From Deltaproteobacteria bacterium (GTDB lineage: Bacteria > Myxococcota_A > UBA9160 > SMWR01): DNA of 64,000 nucleotides. Below are positions 28,925-38,040 of this stretch, one piece after another (the first letter of the stretch is position 1; every line of letters starts with the position of its first letter). A model generated the notes under the pieces. It saw nothing but the letters and a program-made list of their open reading frames with translations. It was not told where the DNA came from and made no database searches. The position numbers were made by a program, and so were the translations under genes. The stretch lies in assembly GCA_032128375.1 (NCBI GenBank), contig JAQBGU010000183.1:1-64000 (forward strand). The letters are read 5' to 3'.

Positions 28925-30628
28925 ATGTCCAAGACTCTGCTGTTGGCAGACGACAGTGTCACGATCCAAAAAGTCGTGGGAATCAGTTTTGCCAGTGAAG
29001 ACGTGGCGGTCATCGCGGTCGACAATGGCGATGATGCGATCGCCAGGGCGCGTGAAGAGCGTCCCGATGCGATCCTTGCGGATGTCGTGATGCCGGGCAA
29101 AAACGGTTACGAAGTCTGTGAGGCGATCAAAGCCGACCCGGCTCTCGCGCACATTCCGGTAGTGCTGCTGACTGGGACATTCGAGGCGTTCGATGCCGAC
29201 CGCGCCGAGAGCGCTGGGGCAGCGGGTCACATCGCCAAACCCTTCGAATCGCAGACGTTGGTCGATATGGTCATGAAGTTGTTCTCGTCGACACCCGCTC
29301 CCGCAGTCGCCGCGGGCACGAACCCGCGGGCTGCTCGATCCCGGATCGCGATGGATATCCCGCCAGTCGCGCAGGCATCGACCCCCGACGCTCCCAGTGG
29401 GCCAGAGGCGGACGCCTTCGATTTCTTCGACGACGACCTCGAAGCGGCCGATGTCGTGGCTGAGCCGGAGCGGCTCGACGGCCACCCATCGCATGGGTTC
29501 GGCTCAGAATCCGCGTTTACTTTCAGCGAAGCAGACCTCGCACCGACAGCGGAAACGCCCTTGGCTGCTACGCAGCCGGCCCTCGCGGCCGCCGATTCCA
29601 TGCGAGTTGCAGGATCTACGGCCGAGATGCCGATATCCGCAATGGCTGACGAGATCGAACCGTTCGCGGTGGTCGGCGGGCATGAGTTCGACGATGACCT
29701 CGGCCAGGATCTGTCACTCGATTCCCAGCTGGATATCGACGCCGACCTGGGCCGACCGATGTCGGTTGCCGGTGAGTTTGATGCATCGATCACTTTCGAC
29801 GACGCACCGCAACCAGGTGACTCTCTGGCGCCGCTCGATAACGCGGGCAACTCCACCGATGACCCCTTCGACTTCGCATTCGAGTCGGGCAACCCGGACC
29901 CGCTGGCGGCAAGCGACGCCGAGCTGACGCGCGTAGACGGGATCGACCTGATGCAAGATTCGACGCTATATCCCGGAGCCGGGCCGAATTTCGACGTAGC
30001 GTCGTCCGACTTCGACCCCGCTGGGTTGGGCGGGTCCGAGATGACGGTGCAATTGGGTCTCGAGCCATCCGGGCACAACATCGATACCGGGTCGGAGCCC
30101 GAGCCGGCCGGTGACGGGGTCGTCGTCTCGCCAGATCACACATTTGGCGACTACTACAGCGCCACAGAACTCGCTACGACTGAGCCGGTCGACCTGGTTT
30201 CGAGCGAAGTCGTCGCATCGTTCGAGGGTCCCCAAACGGCACACGAACCGACGTCCGAGCCCGTATTCGAGCCGGCGGCCGACGCTGCATCCGATTTCGA
30301 AGCCCACCCGCTCCCTGACGCCCTACCCAGCTCGTCATTCGGCGCCCTCACGGCTGCTGAGACGTCTGTGTTCGATGCGTCTGATTCGAAAACAGCGGCA
30401 CGCGCGCAGGCGGTCTTGGAGCAGATCGAGCCGGAATTGCGGCTGCAGCTCCACGATACGCTCGAGAAAATCGCCTGGGAGGCGTTTGCCGACCTCACGG
30501 ACTCAATCGTTCGCCTATCCGTTGCCAAGGTCGAGAAAATCGCTTGGGAAGTCGTCCCTCAGCTGATCGAGACACTGGTCCGGGAAGAGATCCGCAAAAT
30601 GAAGGGCGAACCTCCCAGCGACGACTAG
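28925..30628 (+). CDS. romR: RomR-like polarity response regulator
   Basis: Receiver LLADDSVTIQKV...GTFEAFD...KPFESQ, long acidic linker, C-terminal EKIAWEVVPQL helix as in myxobacterial RomR. Confidence 0.85.
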   Translation: MSKTLLLADDSVTIQKVVGISFASEDVAVIAVDNGDDAIARAREERPDAILADVVMPGKNGYEVCEAIKADPALAHIPVVLLTGTFEAFDADRAESAGAAGHIAKPFESQTLVDMVMKLFSSTPAPAVAAGTNPRAARSRIAMDIPPVAQASTPDAPSGPEADAFDFFDDDLEAADVVAEPERLDGHPSHGFGSESAFTFSEADLAPTAETPLAATQPALAAADSMRVAGSTAEMPISAMADEIEPFAVVGGHEFDDDLGQDLSLDSQLDIDADLGRPMSVAGEFDASITFDDAPQPGDSLAPLDNAGNSTDDPFDFAFESGNPDPLAASDAELTRVDGIDLMQDSTLYPGAGPNFDVASSDFDPAGLGGSEMTVQLGLEPSGHNIDTGSEPEPAGDGVVVSPDHTFGDYYSATELATTEPVDLVSSEVVASFEGPQTAHEPTSEPVFEPAADAASDFEAHPLPDALPSSSFGALTAAETSVFDASDSKTAARAQAVLEQIEPELRLQLHDTLEKIAWEAFADLTDSIVRLSVAKVEKIAWEVVPQLIETLVREEIRKMKGEPPSDD

Positions 30629-30809
30629 CGCCAATCAGCTCTCCATCGCCGTCGAGCCATCGAAAGCTGCCGTCTGCTCAGCGTCCTCTCCCACGCAACG
30701 GCTGTCCTCGGCTATCCTGTAGCCACTCGAAGGCTCCCGGGTGGTTGCGGTCTGCCGCGCATACTGACATCGGAGTCAATCGGTCATGAGACCGGTCGAT
30801 GGAGACTCG

Positions 30810-31766
30810 ATGGGTTCCCGTTTCTACACGCCAGCCTCCGGACCGAGCGCATCAGCCACCGGAGCCACACTGCCCGCGACGAGGACGTGGATGCCCCTGG
30901 TCGAACTCGCGGTAGCCGAAGACGTCGGCGCAGGCGATGCGACCACACCACTGATTGTCTCAGCGAGCCGCCATGGCTCGGCGATCATCGAAGCCCGCGA
31001 GGCTTTGGTGGTGTGCGGCACGCAAGTCGCGCGCGCGGTATTCATGCTCATCGACCCGCGACTCGCGGTCACGATCCACTTGGAAGACGGATCGTTCGCG
31101 AATCCCGGGGACGTCATCGCAACCGTCAGCGGGTCGCTGCGCAACATTCTGACAGCCGAGCGCACGGCACTGAACTTCCTGATGCGGATGTGTGGAGTCG
31201 CAACCTTCACCCGGCGCTTCACCGAGGCCGTGTCGGGGACCGGCGTTCGGATCGTCGACACACGCAAGACGCTTCCCGGTTGGCGCACGCTCGACAAATA
31301 CGCCACGGTCGTCGGCGGCGCAGCCAATCACCGCGGCGGGCTCTACGACGGTGTAATGTTGAAAGACAATCATGTCGCGATCGCCGGTGGTGTGGGACTG
31401 GCAGTGAAGGCCGCGCTGGCTGGCGCACCAGCGAATCTCCGCGTACAGGTCGAGGTAGAATCGGAGCGCCAAGCCATGGAAGCGGTCGAGGCCGGGGCCG
31501 ACTACTTGATGCTCGACAACCGGACGCCCGACGAGATGCGAAGCATTGCGATCCAGCTCGGGGACCGAGCGACACTCGAGGCCACTGGCGGCGTGACCCT
31601 CGCCAACGTCCGCGAATACGCACAGACCGGCATCCATCGAATTTCGGTAGGCGCCCTCACCCACTCGGCCCCGGCCGCGGACCTCGCGATGGAAATGCTG
31701 AATCTGGAAGAGGGCGACGATCGGAGTCACGCGCCTGGGCCTGAAGACGAGGACATTGACGCATGA
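30810..31766 (+). CDS. nadC: Nicotinate-nucleotide diphosphorylase (carboxylating)
   Basis: ERTALN, DTRKT, NHR.GLYD, KDNH, MLDN; start uncertain. Confidence 0.95.
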   Translation: MGSRFYTPASGPSASATGATLPATRTWMPLVELAVAEDVGAGDATTPLIVSASRHGSAIIEAREALVVCGTQVARAVFMLIDPRLAVTIHLEDGSFANPGDVIATVSGSLRNILTAERTALNFLMRMCGVATFTRRFTEAVSGTGVRIVDTRKTLPGWRTLDKYATVVGGAANHRGGLYDGVMLKDNHVAIAGGVGLAVKAALAGAPANLRVQVEVESERQAMEAVEAGADYLMLDNRTPDEMRSIAIQLGDRATLEATGGVTLANVREYAQTGIHRISVGALTHSAPAADLAMEMLNLEEGDDRSHAPGPEDEDIDA

Positions 31767-32794
31767 AAGGCGGGCCGGCGCTGGTTCTCGAGGCGCTGCG
31801 CAGCGCCGGTGGCAAGACATGTTCAGGGCAGGCACTTTCCGAACTACAAGGGGTTTCCCGCGCCCAGGTCTGGAAACACGTACAGAGCTTGCGCGCGCGT
31901 GGATATCAGATCGACGCCGAGGCGGGCGAGGGGTATCGCCTCACCCAGACACCTGACCTCTTGTACGCTGAAGAGATTCTGGCCGAGCTGGATACGCGCT
32001 GGCTCGCCCGCGAAATCCACTACTTCGACGAGATCGACTCCACCAACCGCGTAGCGCTCGAGCTGGCCCGTTCCAGCTGCGCGCACGGAACGACCGTGGT
32101 CGCCGAGAGCCAGAGTGCCGGACGCGGCCGACTGGGTCGGTCATTCTACTCACCGCCTGCCACGAACCTCTACACCTCGATCGTGCTGCGTCCGGCCATC
32201 ACGACAGCGGTGGCGCCCAGCTGGATCCTCGCTTCCGCGGCAGCGGTTGCAACCACAATCGCCGCATGGCTGGCGGAGTTCGCCGACCCGCCCGCTGGCG
32301 ACGCAGTTGAGATCAAGTGGCCCAACGATGTATTGATCTCCGGTTTGAAGACCTCGGGCATCTTGATGGAGCTCGGTGCCGAGGCCGCTCGCGTCGATTT
32401 CCTGGTACTCGGCATCGGAGTCAACCTCAACGTCGACCGCGAGGTATTCCCCGAGGAATTTCGGTCTCGCGCGACCAGCCTCTACAGCCACAGCGGCAAA
32501 CGCGTGGATCGGCTCGCGTTCGCGCGCCACTTGTACGTTAACCTGGAGCGGGTTTTCGACCTTTGTGGATCGCGGGGATTCGATGCCGTTCGTCCTGAGT
32601 TCGAGTCGCGATTTCGCATGCCGGGCCGGCGAGTGACGGTCTGTGAGTTCGATGGATCGCGCCTCGAAGGTACTGCGATCGGGATCGATGCCGACGGTGC
32701 GCTTCGAATCCGTCGCGATGGCCGGCCGGCCGGAACCGGCGACGAGGTCCGCGTGATCGCCGGTGACGTCACTTTGGCCAAGGAGTCCATGTGA
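31763..32794 (+). CDS. birA: Bifunctional biotin ligase/repressor
   Basis: N-terminal HTH, DSTN, QSAGRGRLGR, KWPND, GIGVN. Confidence 0.94.
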   Translation: MKGGPALVLEALRSAGGKTCSGQALSELQGVSRAQVWKHVQSLRARGYQIDAEAGEGYRLTQTPDLLYAEEILAELDTRWLAREIHYFDEIDSTNRVALELARSSCAHGTTVVAESQSAGRGRLGRSFYSPPATNLYTSIVLRPAITTAVAPSWILASAAAVATTIAAWLAEFADPPAGDAVEIKWPNDVLISGLKTSGILMELGAEAARVDFLVLGIGVNLNVDREVFPEEFRSRATSLYSHSGKRVDRLAFARHLYVNLERVFDLCGSRGFDAVRPEFESRFRMPGRRVTVCEFDGSRLEGTAIGIDADGALRIRRDGRPAGTGDEVRVIAGDVTLAKESM

Positions 32795-33630
32795 CGGTTC
32801 TGTTGGTGATCGACATCGGGAACACCAACGTGGCGTTGGGAATTTTCGACTATGCCAGCGGCGGACCTATTTCTGGCAGCCCTGCGGCAGAACTCTCCAA
32901 TCACTGGCGCATGAGTACTCATCGCGAGCAAACCTCTGATGAAGTCGGTCTGACCGTTCGCACGCTGCTCGAGCAGACGGGCCGCGCCTGCTCCGACGTC
33001 ACTGACTTGATCATTTCGAGCGTCGTACCTCCTCTGCTCCCAATCTGGGAGCGGGTCTCGACAAAATTGTTTGGCCGCAGCCCGCTCGTCGTCGGGCCGG
33101 GGATTCGAACCGGAATGCCGGTTCTGTACGAGAACCCGCACGAACTCGGCGCAGACCGAATCGTCAATGCGCTAGCGGCGTTCGAACTATTCGGCGGCCC
33201 TGTGATCGCAGTGGACTTCGGGACCGCAACGACCTTCGATTGTGTATCGAAAGGCGGTGAGTATCTCGGAGGCGTAATTTTCCCCGGCATCCACACCTCG
33301 ATGGAAGCGCTTTTCGAGCGTGCCTCCATGCTTCACCGGGTCGAGATCGCACGCCCGCGCAGCGTCATTGGCCGTACCACTACGGGCGCGTTGCAATCCG
33401 GCTTGCTGTACGGCTTCGCCGGCATGGTCGACTCGATGGTCGCACGGATCCGCTCCGAACTCGGGTCGGATGCGCGTGTGGTCGCCACAGGTGGACTCGC
33501 GGGACGCGTCGCATCCGAGTGCGCCTCCATCGAGCAGGTGGAACCCTTCCTGACTTTGGAAGGGCTCCGAATGATCTTCGAGAAGAACCGACCCAATGCC
33601 GAATCATCACGAAAGGAGCCCTCCCCATGA
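32791..33630 (+). CDS. coaX: Type III pantothenate kinase
   Basis: DIGNTN, SSVVP, LGADR, DFGTATT, ATGG. Confidence 0.95.
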   Translation: MTVLLVIDIGNTNVALGIFDYASGGPISGSPAAELSNHWRMSTHREQTSDEVGLTVRTLLEQTGRACSDVTDLIISSVVPPLLPIWERVSTKLFGRSPLVVGPGIRTGMPVLYENPHELGADRIVNALAAFELFGGPVIAVDFGTATTFDCVSKGGEYLGGVIFPGIHTSMEALFERASMLHRVEIARPRSVIGRTTTGALQSGLLYGFAGMVDSMVARIRSELGSDARVVATGGLAGRVASECASIEQVEPFLTLEGLRMIFEKNRPNAESSRKEPSP

Positions 33631-35678
33631 ACGATGTGAAGGTCAACGACACTCACAGCTTTGCTCTGATTGGTCACAGTGGCGATGGCAAGACTTCGCT
33701 TGGCGAAGCGATCCTCCACCTCACCGGCGCAACCACATCGCTGGGTAGCGTCGTAGATGGGACTGCACATCTGACCTCGCTCCCCGAGGAAAAGGAACGC
33801 CAGTCGACGCTTACGACGGCGATCTTCGGGTTCGATTGGTCGAACAAGCACATCACGCTAATCGACACGCCTGGAGACTCGAACTTTCAGGCCAACGGCC
33901 GGATCGCGCTCGGCGCTGTCGACGGTGCGGTCTTGGTTGTGTCCGCGAGTTCTGGGGTCAAGGTCGGAACTGACCGGATGTGGCAACACTGCGAATCCAT
34001 TGCTGTCCCTGCGCTGTGTTACGTGAGCGGGATGGACAAAGAACACGCGAACTTCGACAGTGCAGTGGCCTCACTCAACAATATGGGCGCCAAGCCGGCA
34101 ATCGTGACGCTGCCGATCGGAACCGGAAGGGATTTCCAGGGCATCGTCAATCTGCTGTCGATGAAGTCGCAGACCGAAGACGGGGAAGCCGAGATTCCCG
34201 AGGCTCTGGCCGAAGCAGCGGAAGACGCACGCGCGCAGTTGGTCGAATCGGTCGCCGAATGCGACGACGACCTGCTCGAAAAGTACCTCGAGGAAGGGGA
34301 ACTCACCGCGGATGAGGTGGCACGCGGATTGGTGGCTGCCACCCGGTCGCGCAAGATACTGCCGGTATTCTGCGGGGCGGCTACTTCCCGGGCTTCGGTC
34401 GCTGCGATTCTGGACGGGGTGCTGGGGTTGCTGCCGTCGGCCGCCGATCGGCAAGCATGGGCGAGCGTCGACGACGGCGACCCGGTGCCCGCCGACCCCG
34501 ATGCGCCCTTTTCAGCGGTAGTGCTGAAAACGGTCATCGACCGCTACGCGGGCACCTTATCGGTGTTTCGAGTGATCTCGGGTACAGCTCACGCCGACAC
34601 GCCAGTTCTGAACATGACCCGAGAATCGAAGGAGCGGTTCGGAAAGCTGCACATTCTGCGCGGTCCCGAGCACATCGAGATCGAGAGCGCCGGGCCTGGA
34701 GACATTGCTGCGGTCGCCAAACTGAAATCCACCCGTACCGGAGACGTGCTGTGTGCTGAGAAGGGCGGCCCGCAGATCGCTCCGATCCCGATTCCCCAGG
34801 GTGTCATTTCCTACGCCATCTCCGCGAAGGTGAAGGGGGATGAGGATAAAGTTTACACCTCGCTCGGCCGACTTGTGGAGGAGGACCCGACCCTGCAACT
34901 GGGTCGAGAAGCGTCCACCGGCGAGTTTTTGCTCACCGGCATGGGGGAGCTTCACGTTCGAATTACCGTGCAGAAGCTCCAACGCTTGTTCGGAGTCGAA
35001 GTCGAACTCAAGACACCAAAAGTCCCCTACCGCGAAACCATCAGACGCAAGGTCGAAAATGTCGAAGGCAAGCTCAAGAAGCAGACAGGCGGCAAGGGAA
35101 TGTTCGGCGTGTGTTATTTGACGGTCGAACCCCGGCAGACCGGAGAGGGAATTGAGTTCGTTGACGAAATCAAGGGTGGCTCCATTCCACGGGGCCTGAT
35201 TCCGGCGGTCGAAAAAGGCGTGTTCGAAGCCTGCAATATCGGGCCGCTTGCCGGATACCCCATTGTCGACATGAGGATCCGCTGCACCGACGGAAAGTTT
35301 CACGCTGTCGATTCGAACGAGATGGCCTTCAAACTCGCGGCGCACGCCGGAATCAAGGCCGCCATGCTGCAGGCCAAGCCGACTCTGCTCGAACCGGTCA
35401 TGGACGTCGAAGTCTCGATTCCGGGACAATTCGTCGGCGACATCATGGGCGATCTGTCGAGCCGCCGCGGGCGCGTCCAGTCGAGCGACGCAAAGGGTTC
35501 AACCCAGATCATCAAGGCTCAGGTACCGATGTCGGAGATGCTCGAGTATGCAAGCCAGCTCACCAGTATCACCGGAGGTCAGGGCGAGTTCCACATGGAA
35601 TTTTCCCACTACGCGGACGCTCCGAGCCACGTGAAGGACAAGGTCATCGCTGAGGCATCCCACGCCGATCAGACGTAA
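33627..35678 (+). CDS. fusA2: Elongation factor G-like protein (EF-G2 type)
   Basis: EF-G domains I-V (GMGELH, KKQTGG.G, DGKFHAVDS); divergent G motifs. Confidence 0.9.
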   Translation: MNDVKVNDTHSFALIGHSGDGKTSLGEAILHLTGATTSLGSVVDGTAHLTSLPEEKERQSTLTTAIFGFDWSNKHITLIDTPGDSNFQANGRIALGAVDGAVLVVSASSGVKVGTDRMWQHCESIAVPALCYVSGMDKEHANFDSAVASLNNMGAKPAIVTLPIGTGRDFQGIVNLLSMKSQTEDGEAEIPEALAEAAEDARAQLVESVAECDDDLLEKYLEEGELTADEVARGLVAATRSRKILPVFCGAATSRASVAAILDGVLGLLPSAADRQAWASVDDGDPVPADPDAPFSAVVLKTVIDRYAGTLSVFRVISGTAHADTPVLNMTRESKERFGKLHILRGPEHIEIESAGPGDIAAVAKLKSTRTGDVLCAEKGGPQIAPIPIPQGVISYAISAKVKGDEDKVYTSLGRLVEEDPTLQLGREASTGEFLLTGMGELHVRITVQKLQRLFGVEVELKTPKVPYRETIRRKVENVEGKLKKQTGGKGMFGVCYLTVEPRQTGEGIEFVDEIKGGSIPRGLIPAVEKGVFEACNIGPLAGYPIVDMRIRCTDGKFHAVDSNEMAFKLAAHAGIKAAMLQAKPTLLEPVMDVEVSIPGQFVGDIMGDLSSRRGRVQSSDAKGSTQIIKAQVPMSEMLEYASQLTSITGGQGEFHMEFSHYADAPSHVKDKVIAEASHADQT

Positions 35679-35679
35679 T

Positions 35680-35710
35680 CGACCACAGGCCGCTCGACGG
35701 CCCGTGGTCG
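35680..35710 (+). terminator. GC-rich hairpin after fusA2
   Basis: CGACCAC..GGCCG / CGGCC..GTGGTCG; no clear U tract. Confidence 0.35.
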
Positions 35711-35752
35711 GGGCACGTCGGCCCGGCGCACACTGGCAGGGAAACGTGTCTT

Positions 35753-36937
35753 TTGGACAACGAACGAGATTCGGCAAAAGCTTCAAAGGCTTCTGAAGGG
35801 GCATCCGAACAGGGCTCTCTACAAGGCTCTTTACAGGCCTCTTTACAGGCCTCTTTACAAGCCTCTTTACAGGGTAAGGAACCGCAGAAGATCCGCCTCA
35901 ACCTGTCTGCGCAGGCGGCACGCTATGCGCGTCGCGACGCGCCGCGCGAAACCCGGCTGATGGCGGCACGGGGCGCCCTGCCCTTGCCGGCCACTGAACT
36001 GGCGGCCGTACTGTTCGCGCTCATGCACGACGCGGATGCGGAGGTCAAGTCCACCGCGCGCGACAGCCTCGAGAATTTACCGGAGGGTGTGACCCACTCC
36101 GTGCTGATCGGCGATACCCATTCAGCCGTGCTGGCATTTTTCTGCCACCGATTCGAGGGCAACGAAGACGCGCTCGAGAAGATCGCACTGAATGCCGCGA
36201 CATCCGATGCAACGATCGCCCTACTGGCCGCTTCACCGCATAAGAAGATCATCGACATCGTTTCGGGCAATCAGGAGCGGATGCTTCGCCATCACGACAT
36301 CGTCGAGGCGCTCGGATCCAATCCACTGACCGGGCGCTCCGAACTCGAGCGAATTCTGTCGTTCATCGATGCTCCGACCGACCTCGATGATCATCCCGAC
36401 CCATCGACGCCGATCAGTGACGACGAAGCGGAAGCCGCGCTGCGCGCCGTGTTGGGTGATTCAATGGGCCACTACGCCGGTAAATTCGTCACCGAATCCG
36501 ACATGAACGACGAGCCTGATTCCGGCGGCGGGATCTACCAACTCGTTCAGAAAATGTCGGTCTTTCAGAGGATCAAACTCGCGCGGCTTGGCAACAAGGA
36601 GGCGCGGAGCCTGTTGGTGCGAGATCGCAACAAACTGGTCTCGCTGGCGGTCGTCATGAGTCCGAAGATCACGGAATCCGAGATCGTCTCGATCGCGCAG
36701 TCGCGCAACGTAACCGACGAAGTACTGCGTGTGATCGCTCGCGGCCGGGACTGGACCAAGAATTATCAAGTCAAGCTCGCGCTCTCGACCAACCCCAAGT
36801 GCCCGCTGCCGGTCGCGATGCAATTCGTGAATTACCTGCAGGACAAGGATCTCCGCATGCTCGTGCGCAGCCGAGACGTATCACAGGGAATCTCGACGCA
36901 CGCCCGCCGGATCCTGATGAAAAAAGGGAAGCTCTGA
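35753..36937 (+). CDS. Conserved helical-repeat hypothetical protein
   Basis: Repeated LxxNP motifs, KLARLGNKEARSLL; TGATG overlap with the next gene. Confidence 0.8.
   Translation: MDNERDSAKASKASEGASEQGSLQGSLQASLQASLQASLQGKEPQKIRLNLSAQAARYARRDAPRETRLMAARGALPLPATELAAVLFALMHDADAEVKSTARDSLENLPEGVTHSVLIGDTHSAVLAFFCHRFEGNEDALEKIALNAATSDATIALLAASPHKKIIDIVSGNQERMLRHHDIVEALGSNPLTGRSELERILSFIDAPTDLDDHPDPSTPISDDEAEAALRAVLGDSMGHYAGKFVTESDMNDEPDSGGGIYQLVQKMSVFQRIKLARLGNKEARSLLVRDRNKLVSLAVVMSPKITESEIVSIAQSRNVTDEVLRVIARGRDWTKNYQVKLALSTNPKCPLPVAMQFVNYLQDKDLRMLVRSRDVSQGISTHARRILMKKGKL
35810..35873. repeat. In-frame 12-bp tandem repeat x5 (SLQA/SLQG)
   Basis: CTCTTTACAGGC-like units. Confidence 0.85.
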
Positions 36938-38040
36938 TGGCGAAGCACATCCACGATGATGCGCTCGTCAACGCGCGGATCCTGTACTGGGGCGCTGAGC
37001 ATTCAGGCAAGTCTGAGAACCTCCGCACCATCTACCGCAGACTGCGACCCGATCATCGCGGGCCGCTCAAGGCTGTCCCAACGCGAATCGACCCATCGGT
37101 CGAATACGAGGTGCTGCCGATCGAGCTGGGCGACGTGGGAGGATTTCGAACGGCAATCGAGATGATCGCGGTACCCGGCGCTGCGGATCAAGCACCGACC
37201 CGCAAACAGCTGTTAGATGAAGTCGACGGGATCGTGCTCGTGATCGACTCGCAGGCCACGCGGATCGCCGACAACGAGGCGAGCCTTCAAGAGTTGCGCT
37301 CCGCGCTTGCCGACTACGGACGGCGCCTCGAAGACATTCCGCTGGTCATCCAATACAACAAGCGGGATTTGTCGGATCCGTACACACTCGACGAACTGCA
37401 CCGCAGGCTCGACGTGCGCGGCGCGGCCGTATTCGAAGCGGTCGCCACCGAACCAACGGGGGTCCTGAAGACCCTGTCGACGCTATCCAAGCGCGTCGTC
37501 CGGACCCTGCGCGATCGGAAATTCGATACTGCTGGTCAATCGGGCAACCTCGACTTTGGCCCCCCGTCCGTAGCCGACGCCCGCAGCGACTCCGACTCGC
37601 TCGCAGAAGTCTCGGGTCGCATGGAGAAGGCCATCCTGGCCGAGGAGTCTCACCCGGAATCGGACGCGATCGCGGACCTCACAGCACGAACCGAGAGTCT
37701 GCTCGATGATTCCTGGGACCTGGTTGCGCCCGACTCCGAGGCCGATGCAGGCCTCGACGGACTCGATGCGCGCTATGCGCTCGAGCCCCTCGAAGCATTC
37801 GGGCCATTCGAGCCACTCGGGCCAGCGTCATCGAATACGCCCCAGTTGGGCCCCGAACTGTCGATCACGTCTGTCGGCGAAGCAACCCGCTGCGGTCAGC
37901 GGGCCGTGCGAGTCCCGCTCGTCGTCGCAGACAAGGAGGGTCGTTCGACCACCTTGGTACTGACGATCTCGCTCGACACCCTGTCCTCCTGCTCGCCCGA
38001 CTCGTCGCATGACGGCGCGCCAGAAGAGGCACGAGATTGA
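36937..38040 (+). CDS. MglA-family small GTPase paralogue with C-terminal extension
   Basis: Gapless similarity to MglA: ILYWG....GKS.NL, VPG, VDGIVLVIDSQ, QYNKRDL. Confidence 0.85.
   Translation: MAKHIHDDALVNARILYWGAEHSGKSENLRTIYRRLRPDHRGPLKAVPTRIDPSVEYEVLPIELGDVGGFRTAIEMIAVPGAADQAPTRKQLLDEVDGIVLVIDSQATRIADNEASLQELRSALADYGRRLEDIPLVIQYNKRDLSDPYTLDELHRRLDVRGAAVFEAVATEPTGVLKTLSTLSKRVVRTLRDRKFDTAGQSGNLDFGPPSVADARSDSDSLAEVSGRMEKAILAEESHPESDAIADLTARTESLLDDSWDLVAPDSEADAGLDGLDARYALEPLEAFGPFEPLGPASSNTPQLGPELSITSVGEATRCGQRAVRVPLVVADKEGRSTTLVLTISLDTLSSCSPDSSHDGAPEEARD

Noticed and set aside
1562..33630. CoA/cofactor genes (coaBC, coaD, coaX, birA, nadC) as a single novel cluster
   Set aside because: Ordinary housekeeping genes in separate, commonly seen contexts
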